Shown: positions 1 through 12,569 of the stretch, piece after piece
Position numbering within the stretch: the first letter of the stretch is position 1
Layout of the letters: every line of letters begins with the position of its first letter
NCBI RefSeq assembly: GCF_036321535.1
Contig: NC_087437.1
Coordinates: forward strand, 81,470,001-81,534,000
Direction of reading: 5' to 3'
DNA from: Camelus dromedarius
Lineage: Eukaryota
Length of the DNA: 64,000 nt
Position numbers and translations under genes: made by a program
Notes under the pieces: generated by a model
Databases searched by the model: none
Told to the model about the DNA's origin: nothing
What the model saw: only the letters and a program-made list of their open reading frames with translations

Positions 1-849
1 CCTTTTAGTTCTGGAGCCAAACACCCAATCATCACAGTCTGCTCTGGACCTGCAGCCCAGCTCTACCCTGGCTGTGCATTTCTACTCTGTATCTGGTCCT
101 CAGCGTGGCTTGCCCTGTTTTTGTCTGTGTTGTTTAATTGCAGCTAGGTTTTTTTTTTTACTTTATTTTTTATTTACATTTCTCTTTTATTTCCTAGGTA
201 TTTTTGATGCTTTATCTGTCATTGTTATCTGTCTGGAGCAGAGAAGATATACTGAAGCATAAACTCACCGTGTCATCCTGACCAGAAGTTACCTCTTTTA
301 AATTTTTAAAATTTTATTTTCATTTTTGAATAGGCAATACATACACATAGTAAAATATTCCAATCAGGACATATGGAATGCACAATTGTGTTTTACATCC
401 CTTTCTACTTAGCTTCCCAAGCAGATGATAATCTCACAAAATAACTTCTGCGTACAAGCTGGTTAAATTTACTAGTGATCAATTTTATCACATTATAAGA
501 TACTCGTTATTTTTTTCTGTATCATTTTTCCTTCACAATAACTAAATCTAGCCACTCTTTACTAGCCTCTGCTGCAAAAGCCTTCCTCCTCCCCTACACG
601 CTTGAATATGACATCTTTCCTATTCCGTTTTGACCATGACGTTTCTCTCCTGCACCTACCAATGCATTCTTACCACGCTTAACTAAAATCCCTGAAATAA
701 CCTCGTCACCCCAAACCCCTACTCTCTGGGGACTAAAATCTCCTCTAAGAAAACTCCCCTGATTAAACTACATTCACCTTTCATCCAGGACTTTCTTAAT
801 ATATACATATGAATGTCGGATTATAATTTATCAGCCTATAAAATATATA

Positions 850-1197
850 TTCACTGATTGAGATACAAGATTCTTTTCCATTATAAGTTACTATAAGATA
901 CTGAATACAGTTCCCTGTGTAATACAGTAGGTCTCATGGTTTATTTATTTCATATATAGTAGTATATGTCTGTTAATCCCAAATTCCAAATTTATCCTCT
1001 TCCTCCTTTCCCCTTTGGCAACCATAAGTTTGTTTTCTATATCTATGAGTCTATCTGTTTTGTAAATAAGTTCCTTTGTATCTTTTTTTTTTTTTTTTTA
1101 GATTCCACATATAAATGATATCACACAATATTTGTCTTTCTTTGCCTGACTTACTTCACTCAGTGTGATGATCTCTAGGTCCATCCATGTTGCTGCA
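850..1197 (-). mobile_element. L1 3' end fragment (end of ORF2 plus 3' UTR), cetartiodactyl type
   Basis: Reverse complement of L1 tail motifs ('tagattccacatataaatgatatc', 'ggtccatccatgttgctgca', 'ttccctgtgtaatacagtagg'); same motifs as the L1 3' UTRs near 35.6 kb and 50.0 kb. Confidence 0.85.
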
Positions 1198-1519
1198 CCC
1201 ATTAGGCTTTAAGCTGCTTGGGCATCAGGAACTGCTTCCAGCTAAAAGCACCAGCTCCGAGTTCCTACATAATGGATACTCGGGTGTGTGACGAAGACAG
1301 GCACACCTACCCCCCACCTTCCCTGCTGCTCTGTCAACGCTCCCACTGGGCTGCTGAGCCACTCAAAGAAACATCACCTCTCAAAGGCCCACATTCTCAC
1401 TGTAATAAGCAGCACATCAAAAGGAAGTTTTTGGGGTCTAGAGAAAAATGCCCACCAATTAAAGAGAGAAGCTTACAGGTGGAATCACCAAGAACATTAA
1501 CTGGAGCCCTCAAACTCAC

Positions 1520-1704
1520 CTGAAAGAACCAGCTGCCCTGGAGGAGGATCAGACTAATCCGCAGAAGCTCTATGGTTATATTAGCATGTATGAAGAGCTC
1601 TATGAAGGCAACCAGGCCTGCCAAAAAGACGATCAAGACCAGAAGCTGGTGCACAAAGATGTCCAGAATTTCCCGGCCATGAGTGTGGTTGTACAAGACA
1701 AAAG
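1520..1704 (-). CDS. TMEM45A: TMEM45A-family transmembrane protein (DUF716), third coding exon
   Basis: Encodes (A)FVLYNHTHGREILDIFVHQLLVLIVFLAGLVAFIELFIHANITIELLRISLILLQGSWFFQ, matching recalled TMEM45A; acceptor tatcag| at 1705-1706, donor CAG|gtgagt at 1519; 185 nt; phase fits the previous exon. Confidence 0.95.
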
Positions 1705-1761
1705 CTGATAGAGGGAGAAAAAAAAAATGGCTTTTTCAGTGAAACCAAGGCATATCTACTG

Positions 1762-1882
1762 TTTCTCTCTCTTCCTCCCTCCATCTCTCTCTCCCTCTCT
1801 CTCTCTCTCCCTCTCTCTCTCTCCCTCTGTCTCTCTCTCTCTCTCCCTCTCTCTCTCTCCCTCTCTCTCTCTCCCTCTCTCT
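1762..1882. repeat. Imperfect (CT)n microsatellite
   Basis: Directly visible; about 60 nt from the acceptor of the 1520-1704 exon. Confidence 0.95.
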
Positions 1883-3138
1883 GCAGGCGCATGCACCACA
1901 GAACTTTACAGACACAAGTTTGTCCCGAATATCAGGTGCTCACTGCTTCCCACAATAATGGAAACCTCTTGCAATCACCATCTCTTTAGGTTGGAATCTG
2001 AAATCTCTTTTTCCCTTCCCCAACTTTTATTCTCTCCTCCAACACATTATGACATTCCCAACTAATCATATTTCAAGGCATCTTCTATGCAAGAGGATGA
2101 ATTATTATTCATCATGATGGAGGCAGGGGAGTGAGAATTAGGGTCAATACACAGAAGAATGAGACCAAGTCTGGCCTCTGGAATTCAGTCCCCTGTAGGC
2201 AGTAAATAAATGCACAAATCATAAAAGTGGACTTTGATGGGTATGGTAAGTTACTCTGGAAGCTCCCAAGAAGTAGTAACTAACTACATTTTTTAATCCC
2301 ATGGAGAGATTCCAGCTTCATCTCCACCCTTTCCATTTAGATGAGATGGGAAAGATGTTCATTCAAAATAGAGTAACACCCTGAGATAATGAGTCATGCT
2401 ATTGGTTGTTGGTGCCCAATGTTTATCCAGCTCTTGTTCTCAAAGAGTGTTTCGCAAAAGCTCTTATCTTTAGATGTGAGAGGCAAGGTGAACATCAGGA
2501 AATAACTGCCTCCTGGCAATTTGGGGCTTTTTTAGTCCTAGCATCAATCTATTCCTTATATATGAAATACATAAAAACAAATCATTGAATACTTGTTTTC
2601 ATGATTTCCCTATACAGTAACAGAGAGGCCAACTGAACAAAAAATGGTATGACCTCATTTTCATGTGACTGAATTTTTTGGACCCTACTTATCATGTCAT
2701 GTTGGAGTTTTACTATATTAATATTAGTAAAGGATAGTTTGTAGGTGTGGAAGCTACTCTGCTGTGAGTGGTCTCCTCGTTTGAGGGTGTTCATGCTTCA
2801 CTACTCTGAGCTCAGTTTTACTTGTTAAAAATGGAATAATGATAATCTCCAGGATAAACCAGAGATAAATAACCATGGTAGGTGGTTATTTAAGAAGGAT
2901 ATGAAATGTGAATAAAGCACACTGAATGATTGTGCTTGTCTAGTTGTACTAAATGAGTCAGTAGGGAGGGAAAATCTTTGGCATCCTGTCTAGGACATCT
3001 CAATAGCTCACTATGGTCCAAACAGATGGCCCTTTGGATCAAGGCTGCCCCAGGACACTAAGGGAATATTATTATAAAGGGCTAGACAAATGTCCAATAA
3101 TAGTGAAAGGTGTATGAAAAATACTCACTCATACTTAC

Positions 3139-3351
3139 CCTCCACAAGTAAGGCAATTGAAAGCATTAACTTGGTTAAGGAGACAGGAAGTGACCTGATG
3201 GTGGAACATAGGATCTTTGACACACCCATTAGCCCAAAGAAGAAGTACATGGTACAATGATGCCAGCCCATGAGTTGGACCCACTGGCCCTCTTTATAGT
3301 CATATAAGGTCAGATAGGGTCCTCCAGGAATAAACTGTTCTCCAAGCATGC
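3139..3351 (-). CDS. TMEM45A: TMEM45A-family, second coding exon
   Basis: (G)MLGEQFIPGGPYLTLYDYKEGQWVQLMGWHHCTMYFFFGLMGVSKILCSTIRSLPVSLTKLMLSIALLVE; acceptor ctgcag| at 3352-3353, donor G|gtaagt at 3138; 213 nt, phase 1-1. Confidence 0.95.
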
Positions 3352-4637
3352 CTGCAGAGGAACATATCACAGTGTTAGCAGCCTTCTCCATAACTTTACT
3401 GAGAAAACAGGGAGATGCAGAAGGACCAGCCTCCTGCTTAGTCCAATAGAGTGTCCTTTCATGACATTGAGTCTTCTTTCTGGGCTGCTCCCTAACAGCT
3501 GAGCACCGATTCTTTAGGCTTGTTCTGGAGCTTCAAATAATGGTTCGGATAATCACTTTTAGTCAAAGATAACCAATTTAGTCCAACAGCTATTTCAGAT
3601 CTTCAAAGCTAATGAACTTAGTTCTACTTAGTTCCATGATCAGTTCCACTGATGATATTAGTTACTGTTTTAATCTAATCACTAGATAAATCCTGAATAA
3701 TTTGGGATTCAGATTTGTGAGATTAGTCCTTTAGAGGCTGATTACTTCCCTCTTGCACACTACATCTTTGGGTTGAGAGTTGTGCACGATTCAGGATAAA
3801 AATGCTAGAGTTCAGCTTCTTCCCAATGAAGGATAACTGAGAAAGCACAGACAGATAAAGCATATAGTCTAGTCAGTTACACAAACAGTTAAGCTTTCTT
3901 AAAGATGCTTTATTTGTAAATCTGTAGAATTTGGCAAGGAAATTCCTCTCTTTGGAAATGGTTGGTCTGTAATTTGATGGTTGTGCGTGGCAAAGACCTA
4001 TCACCGTGAACAAAGCATGAAGAAATCCAAAGGGAAATTAGGAAGTTTTGCCTTTCATAAAGGAGAGGCTGAAAAGGAACTCTAAAAACACAGAACATTT
4101 TTACAGAATCTTACAGCCAATGGAAAGGCCTTAGAAGTCATCTGGTCAAATCTCTCTAAGCTAGTACTCACACAAAAAGGATGAGTGCAGAAGATAAGGG
4201 TTCACTCTGAACCCTCTGTTCAGCCCATCAGCAATTTATCATTGCAACAATTTATTTTTGAAGCCCTCCCATAATCACTTGATTATTTTGGTGTCGTTTT
4301 AATAAATGGTTTCTGATACAGTTTACTCTTTCAGGCATCAGAATAATCGACAAAATTGTTTCAAAAGCTCCACCTAATTCTATAAAGAAAATTCACCTTG
4401 AGTGGGCAGGCAAGTTAGTTGCTGTGACTAATTCATTAAGGAATAGGCCTTTGTATAAATACGAAGCATTGCCTTCTAATAAATTACATTAGATAGAAAT
4501 TATAATTAGAATATGTATTCAGAGATATTTTTGAATAAAAAATTCATTTTGGCAATTTCTGGTTTTGAGATTGAATCTTCTTTTTGCATGTGAAAATACC
4601 CAAGAAAGAAAACAGAACACAGAAATGGTTCACTTAC

Positions 4638-4827
4638 CAGTTAGAGCCATTCCAACTATTATGATCCCCTCCAAAATTTCTATTCGATGGAATAATGCTT
4701 TGGAATCCAGGAAGGAAGTCCTCTTGTGCTTTTTGAAAGTGTATTTCAGAATGCATCGTACAGTCCACCAAATACCAATGAGACAGAAGAAGGTGCCAGG
4801 GACAGCATGGCCTTTGAAACTCCCCAT
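4638..4827 (-). CDS. TMEM45A: TMEM45A-family, first coding exon (ATG at 4827)
   Basis: MGSFKGHAVPGTFFCLIGIWWTVRCILKYTFKKHKRTSFLDSKALFHRIEILEGIIIVGMALT(G); acceptor ttttggtag|tcATG, donor G|gtaagt at 4637; 190 coding nt. Orthologue versus tandem paralogue is not resolved. Confidence 0.93.
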
Positions 4828-6789
4828 GACTACCAAAACAAGAACACATAGAAGATAAAGACATTCCATTTCTAGCACTTTGCCAAAACATTGTTTATTC
4901 CTATAAAGCACGTTGTCTTCTGGTGATTATGGATACACCACTGATTCAGAGGACCCCATATCGACAGCAGGAGGTCCACTACAATATCAGCAGTGCCAAC
5001 AAGAAGAAAAATTCACATCTGTCCAGCTCTGACTTTTGTCTAGGCATTGTGGCAAATGTTTTACATGCGATCTCTAACCTAATTTTCACAACATAGCCAT
5101 GAATGAGAGGTTAAATCACACTTTCAATAGGGATATAGGTTTAGAGAAGGTAAATGACTTGCCTGAATCTCACAACTATTAAGAAAAAAAGTTTCATTCT
5201 TTTAACAGGGATCTCAAAAGATTTCTTAAAATCACAGTATGTACTCAACCAACAGTTACACTTTAAGCATGTTTGAAAGTACTAGAAAAGTTCTACCTTT
5301 ATGTTTAAAACTTGAAATGATAGAAAATTGCCTACAATTTTTTAAAGTAGGTAATCTCTTAATAAAAAATGTTAAAAAAATTTTTTTAAATAAAAAAATA
5401 AAGTAAAGTAGGTAACCTCAAAGTATCAAGCATCATGTGTGTGGAAGAGACCATTAGTGCACATCAAATACCTGTGTATTCGTCCACACACTTTCCCCAG
5501 CCTCTTCTCCATTTGAATCAGAACCATGTTTCTAGTTCTGGCCAATGGACCATGGCATTTGTCACTTCCAGGCTAAGTCTGTTAAGAGCCTACATGATCC
5601 CCTTCACTCTCTTTTCCCTGCCTTAACAAACTTGGCACGGCATATCTGCAGCATAGAAGATAGTCAACCAGCCTGCATCTAATTTTTACAAAAAACAACC
5701 CTTTATTGTATTAAGTCACTGAAATGTTGAGGTTTAACAGCCTAACCCATCCTTTCCAGGTGGATACCAAGACAAATCAAATTATAAATTCTGTTTACAC
5801 CATTGCTACATGATAGAGCAATAAGAAACAGAAATATCCTCCTTTTTTTGGTCAGTGCTATAGAAAACCAGTCTTGAATTATGTGAGCATCTCTTTGTTC
5901 AAACATATTACACCACCTACAGAATAACAAAGAGAGAGTTCAGAATCATCCCTATGTATCTAACAGTAGGCCAGATGCAGGAGAACTCATGCAAGGGGAT
6001 TTCAGGATACACCCTGGCCCAGAAGAGTTCTTTATATCCTTGGGTGGGTACTGGACTTCTCAGTACCAGGCAGACCCCTTTGGATTAATTCCACATCCCT
6101 TTGTCACAACTGTGAAGTTTCAAGGAGGAACTATGAAGCTGACTCAGAGTGTCTTAAATCTGCAGTTGAGACTCCAAATGGACACTTCAGCACACACCTG
6201 AACCATCCAAACCATCCAAGAGACTCTGACTAACTTATTACATAGTGCTAAATGCAGCATCTACTCTGACACTAATTAGTGGTATGGTTTGAACCATGTC
6301 CCTTAACCTCTCTGAGCCTTGGCTCTTAATTAACAAAAGGGAGTGGCCTAGATGACACCTGGAGTTCTTTCCTGCTCCTAACAGCATCTGTAATTCACTA
6401 CCCTGACCACCATCTTTATCATAGTGTTACTCAGTCCTCTTATTTGTCTTGGCTTAGGCAACCACTGGTTGAAAAATACTCCTACGTGGGATTGAAAAGC
6501 ACATCTAGACTGTAAATTGTTTGAACTTTCCTGGAAAAGAATTTTTTCTGGGAAAAGATGTGTTCTTAAGGAGCCTGAAGGATTTTATATTCTTTGGTAC
6601 AGGAAATCCACTTCCAAGAATTTATCCTAAAGATATAACCAGAAATACAGGTGCCAAATCAGAAACAATGTATATGTCTAAAATTAGGAGAATGATTAAA
6701 TTTTGCAGCCACTAAAAATAAATCTTTCAAATAACTTAAATGATAGGGGATACATTTAGTAAAGAGAACAGGATTTTGAAAAAACTGAG

Positions 6790-6950
6790 GAAAGAGGACT
6801 TTGGATTCCAACTGATTAGATCAGAATCCCAACTTTACCATTAACCTGCTACATGACTTTGAGCAAGTTATTTAACCTCTCAGTGCCTCAGTTTCCGCCT
6901 CTGTAAAATAAGACAAATAAATTTTCTACCACATAAAATTAAGATGAGTT
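6790..6950 (+). mobile_element. MIR SINE
   Basis: MIR core 'tgactttgagcaagttatttaacctctcagtgcctcagtttccgcctctgtaaaat'. Confidence 0.8.
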
Positions 6951-7850
6951 ATTCCAAAGCAAATAACCCCCTGTACTAAGAAACAAACTCATGTTATCCT
7001 CAACCCATCTCAAACTATGAAAGTAAAACCAGATGAGCAATTCTACTTGGTTACCAACTGCAGAAAAGCAAGAAGCACTTACACAATTCACTTAACAATC
7101 ATTCAAGGGCTGCCTGTAACATTTCTCCTCCACTCTTGTCTTGGAGGGTTACTAGAATCTTCTGTGGTTATTTAACTCCTTGACTACAATTAGAGAATAA
7201 GCTCCTTGAAAGCAGAGACCATGAATCTATTCTTCTATTCCCCCTGAACCTGGATAGTGCCTTATACACTGTGAAGCTCTAAGTTAACAAGAGTAACTAA
7301 GCCCTCCTTATACTACAGGATCACATATTTATACAACATCTCTACTCTGATGTTTCAAAGGCCACGCTTACTCAACATACCAGAAAATTGAATTAATCAT
7401 CCTACCCCTCCCCGACCCGTTACCAGAAAACAGTTTCTCCCCTACTTACCTATCTTGGTAACCCACTCACCATTCACCCACTCGCCCAAACTCAAAATAT
7501 GACAACCATCCTAGAGTCCACCTGTGTCCCTAAAAACTAATTGGTTATTAAGACCTACTGCTTCTGCTGCTTATGTCAACCTTCTCCTGCCCCAAACTTG
7601 GCTGACTTCCCCTAGCCTCTTCAGTTTTATCTGCCCGGGGAAATCCTCCCTCATGGCCCAGGCAGGAGATGGCCCATCTTATACCTTCTCAAGGTACCCA
7701 GTTCTCACTTTAATGAATTCTCTGTGTGATCTAGTCACTAGAAGTCTGCCTTCTCCTTTGGCCTCTATGTCCATTACTGTATTGTGAGAGCCTATGTCGC
7801 AGGCAGCTGGGGCCTCTCAGAGATTAGGGGCCTGGGCCATCGGGGTTTTG

Positions 7851-7881
<31 letters not shown>

Positions 7882-9751
7882 GAGGCTCCTAATATATGAA
7901 AAAAGGATGAAAATTCCAAAACAGAGTTACAAAACTGTAGTTGCTATTAAATGTTTAGACTTTCCTAATAAATACTTTGAACACACATATAAAACATATT
8001 GCCTACATTGGAGATAACATGAAAATCTCTGAATGTGTATCTCTAGGTCAAATAATCCTCCTGACCCACATTAATGACCAGCTAACAGGTTCCTGCTACC
8101 CCAAGGGCAGAATGGAACAATATATTTCAGCACAGCCATTAGGATGTGATAGCAAGCAATGGGGAATAGTTGAAAGATTTTGAGATGATCAGAGTGGGGA
8201 AAGAAATGACTCCTTGTTCCTCCATCAGTTATAGAACTTCTGTATCTTTTGCCTTTTAATCTGCAGCAATCTGATGTTTCCAATCTTTCTCTGTTTAAAA
8301 GATGCAAAAAAAAAAAAAAAATGAAGTCAAAGCAGCTTTGCTATATTTGCCTGGCAGGACCCAATAGACCCAGTTGCTTCTGGCAATAAAAATGACATTC
8401 TCTTTATTTCACTTTCATTGGAAAGAAAAAAACAATCCCTCAGATTCTCAAAGGTCACTTCACTCTTAACTCCTAGAATACCATTTTCTATCCATCTTTT
8501 GTTCCCTGATTTACTATTTCCTGCAGGAGCAACTCACTGCTTGTAAACACCAAGTAGTCCAGAATTTAATTAGATCTCAATCCAAAAAGCAGGCACATTG
8601 CACTTGGAAGGAGAACACAGGGCTTTCCCCTACCACAGAGCAGAACATATCTGACAAACAGCCAGCAGGAACCCGAGGGAAAATCACCAGGATAGCGAAC
8701 TGAAAGGTCCTCCTTCAACATCCCCTCCCTACTCAATCTCATCACTTTGGTAATCTCGTGGGGAAAGTGTTCAGGCAGACCTAAAATGATGGGCTTCAAG
8801 ATTCAATCTACTGGCGTCCAGCTGCCATTCATCCTACAAATTTATACTCCTCCCCATCCAAAAAACCCCTCTGCTCCTAATGATGCCAAATATCACCACC
8901 CCCAGTGCTAAGACAAGAAACAACTTCTGACACCCTCATTGGCTCCTCTTTGCTGACCACCCCCTGCCATACACACATACTCACTCACCACCCAAAACAT
9001 TTTAAACTCTAGCACTTAAGGATAATATTGGGCAAAGCTCAAGATCTAAATCAGGTGTTAGGTGTTAATTCCTATTAACCAAAGCCACTTAAACTACAGA
9101 CCAGGTCTGTGCACAGAAAGAGGAGAGAACTCAAAATAGCCCAAAGAGATTCTATAATTTTCTTGGTGCAATCTCAACCAAACACTTCACTTCACTATAA
9201 AATGAATACCATGCAGAAAAATTTAAACTAAAAATTCATCTTGAGCCACCACCAAAATAAAATATTCCTAACTCTTAATTAGTGACTCATATTTCAAGTC
9301 ATTTGTATATTCTAATCATTAAACCAATTTGAACTATTTCCTGGGCTTCACTTTACTATTTACCTTAATTCTCAAAGCAAAGTGTATACAAGCATATGTG
9401 GCTTTAAATTACTTTTGATTTTCCATCACTCCATACCAGTACTCTGCCAAATTTCAACTGTTTTGAAAGACATTTCTTAGTTAAATTATCCTTACCTTCA
9501 CACTTTCCTCAATGTCAAGTCCAACTTCTCAATTCTTTTCTCCCAAGAATTTACAATGGTTCTGATCTAAAGAAGGAAAAGCAGATACTGATTGGTCGAA
9601 ATTTAAAACTGCCCAGTCTTCCTTCTTAGAGACTAAATCAACATGTTCATGTCTTCCCAGCATGAAGGTGAGCAGATAAGCCTTCAGAATATGTCACAAT
9701 GCCTGAATATTTGTAGATCTAAGGACCACACCCTTTGAACATCCTACTTAC

Positions 9752-9836
9752 CTGTCCAAATGTTGTGCCATAGCATATTTCTCAATGAGATTCACCTTGA
9801 CACCCAACCCACATCGCCACAGACATGTCCCATGTG
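9752..9836 (-). other. Candidate 85-nt upstream exon of the TMEM45A-family gene
   Basis: Minus-strand acceptor 'ttgtctttggttctcacag|' and consensus donor 'CAG|GTAAGT' in non-repeat sequence; no transcript evidence. Confidence 0.35.
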
Positions 9837-10439
9837 CTGTGAGAACCAAAGACAATGGAGCATATCTGATCTTTGCTCTATCTCTTCCAGGCCATCAAGA
9901 TGGACAGATGACAAAGGGAATTGGTTATGGCAGCAGTAACATCATAAAGTATGACCAATAAGTCCTATAAAGACAAACCATTTTCTAAAACAGTCCCTCA
10001 AGGAAGAGACTGCCACCGGTGCTAAGGTTGGAGTCATGGCCAAAATCAAAGTTATAGGAATAAGAAAAGATGATGGAACAAAACTGCTGTAGGTCAACAA
10101 TGAAGCTCACATGTGCTCAAGGAATATACAATCTGATGGAGAGATGAGTGAATACAAAAGTTGGAATAAATCATTCGAAACCAAAGTGAGGCTTGCACAA
10201 AGTGAAATGCAAACAAGGAAAAAGCAACAGTCTGACTCTAATCTGGAGAGCCAGCAGCTGTTATCCTGTCTGTATACAAGTCTTATTTCCCCCTCTCAAT
10301 GTAAATAAACTCTTAGTGAGCAAGGGCCATGTCCCCTATAAGGCTTCACACCTAGTTAGCACTCAGTAAATAGCTGATAAATGATGAGCTCCTGCCTGGG
10401 ACCCCACCTCCCTGAAACACTGACCTGGATGGCAACCAG

Positions 10440-10595
10440 GATCAGAAATAGCTATAGTGGCTAATTAAATGCAGATTCCTGGGCTCCGCTTCAGATCTAC
10501 AGAATCCATCAGCAGCAAGAGGTGCAGAAGTCTGCATTTTTAACTAGCACTCACCAGTTGATTTTTGTGTATTCTTGAGTATTGAGAACCAAAGG
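10440..10595. mobile_element. MER5A-like hAT-Charlie MITE
   Basis: 'aaatgcagattcctgggctcc...tctgcatttttaac...tgagaacca' signature. Confidence 0.7.
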
Positions 10596-11189
10596 CTTAG
10601 AGTATGTGAAGACAAGCAAAGTGGCGCTAAGACACTAAGATTTAAAGATGGCCTCCCCATCACCATACCCCAGAGGCTATTTGTCTCCTATCAATGTCAT
10701 AAGCCTGATGTGTTTGCTCACATCAGGCTTCATATTGAGCAAACATGGGTGGTCCAACAGCAGCTCTCAAGGCCAGAAGGATGATCTGGCTCTGTCAGGA
10801 AATAATAACCATCCCAGAGTGCTGCCATTCTATTTATTTTATTCTTTTGATCAGGTATTATTAAAATATTATTTTATTTTATTTTGATCTCTTCTATACC
10901 CCTGGCTCTTATTTCCATACTCCTCTCAATTTTTGATTAACAAAAGCCATCCATGTCACATGGGCTATTCTTAACCAATAACCCAGAATGACAAACAGAA
11001 CTCTAAACCTGAAAATATGAGACAGGGTAAGGCAATCCAAAGTCCTATGTCTTGAAACACAAAACCAACAAATAGAAAGTAAGAACAAATGTCGTGTTGC
11101 ATTACCTGCCTCCAGCCAACTCTTCAAAATAAACAGAAGGCTGTATTGTTTCTGTTACTGGTGTTGCACCTGAGATGGATAGGAAGCCA

Positions 11190-11400
11190 GCACTCACTGA
11201 ACACCTACTATGTGCTAATAACTTCTCATGTATCTCCTTATTCATTCTGTAAGACAACTTGAGGGAGTATAATTTCCACCATAGGTATGAGGAAACTGAG
11301 ACTCCAAGAGATTTACTAACCTACTCTAAAAGTCACAGTAAAGAACAAAGCTAGGATTCCAAGTTCCTTACATGTCTGATTCCAAATCCCATACTGATTT
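11190..11400 (-). mobile_element. MIR SINE
   Basis: 'cacctactatgtgct...atgaggaaactgagactc...gtcacag...ggattcc'. Confidence 0.7.
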
Positions 11401-11669
11401 TCCCTGGGATAAGGTTGGTGAATAGCCTCATCAAACAGTCTTCATCAAGCACCGCTGAGCAGGTCAAACTGTCGGGAAAGGGCTTCTCTCTCTGGGACTC
11501 TGCCACTGAGCTGTCAGCTCACGTAAATGAGGTGAAGCTCTGCACGTAGCCTGAGTACTTATTTATCACTACTGTAGTCAATGTCAGAATGCACAGAGCT
11601 GCCAACAAAAAGAAAAGCCAGGCTGAGTAGTCTGCAAAGACTTAATGTGACAAAGGTCTAGATGCAATT

Positions 11670-11786
11670 GGGGCAGGGTATAGCTCAGTGGTAGAGTGCA
11701 TGCCTCGCATGCATGAGGTCTTGGGTTCAATCCAGTACCTCCAATAAAAATAAATAAGCAAATAAAGCTAGTTACCTCCCCACCCC
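11670..11786 (+). mobile_element. Camelid tRNA-derived SINE (Vic-1 type)
   Basis: Head 'ggggcagggtatagctcagtggtagagtgcatg...gggttcaatcc' (Pol III A/B boxes) with an AT-rich tail; five related copies in the window. Confidence 0.85.
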
Positions 11787-11924
11787 TGTGGTAAGAACCT
11801 AAAGAAGTCATTCTACAGTTCCAGGCTTCATGTTGCTTCACAATTCAGGTTGATGAACAAAGACTGAGGACTTCACATTTATCTAAGGATCTGCTTCAAA
11901 TTATAGAGGACTCTGTGGTGAGCA

Positions 11925-12135
11925 AGTGTATCCATTTTCTATTGCTGCTTTAACTCAGCTGGTAAATGTTGCTCGATTTTAAGGACACACATGATTAGAC
12001 TCGGACTGCCAGGACAATCTCTCCAACTCAAGGTTGTTGATTTAATCACCTAGGCAAAACCTTCTGCCATGTAAGGTAATCACAAGTTCCAGGAACTAGT
12101 ACATGGGAGTGGAAACATTATTCTGTCAATCATAG
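11925..12135 (-). mobile_element. MLT1 (ERVL-MaLR) LTR remnant
   Basis: 'ttctgccatgtaaggtaatcacaagttccagga...cattattctgtc' matches the reverse complement of the MLT1 5' end. Confidence 0.6.
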
Positions 12136-12569
12136 CAACACATAGGGCTTACAGTGTGTCAGGCTAAAGAAGACAAACACCTATGATTGTAGCACCAGAG
12201 ATGAGCTAAGACTTATAGTAAAGTCCGAGGTGTGCTGAGGCCTCTCCTTTAATTCAGGGGAGGAGAGAGGCATATGACAGGCTCCTGAAAGACTGTAAGG
12301 GCCACTTGAGCTAGACCATGAAGAATGAGTGGAATTTTGAAAGGTGGAGCTAAAAGGAAAGTGCACTTCAGAAATAAGGAAGACAGAATAAACTCACGGT
12401 GGTATAAGCATACAGGAGATGTTGAAGTCACTCCTACCATAGAAGTAAGAGATAACAGAAAATACAGCTGAACATAAGAGAAGTGGATAAGTGGCAGAAA
12501 TGACAGTACAAGATACCAATCAGCAGGAAGGTTAATGGTTTTGCTTTTTTCTTTTCTGTTTTTTTTTTC

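Noticed and set aside
1..1519. Remaining TMEM45A coding exons
   Set aside because: No match to the expected 'IGFVLYPP...WD' segment; they presumably lie left of the window.
2390..2960. AP-1 sites TGAGTCA at 2390 and 2954 in a TMEM45A intron
   Set aside because: The 7-mer occurs repeatedly across the window; no evidence of enrichment or conservation from sequence alone.
7441..7453. Minus-strand consensus donor AG|GTAAGT
   Set aside because: Lies in degenerate repeat-like sequence and I found no convincing paired acceptor.
11670..11745. tRNA-like sequences (also near 13930-14000, 17445-17515, 34330-34400, 54092-54165)
   Set aside because: SINE heads with AT-rich or poly-A tails and TSDs, not tRNA genes.
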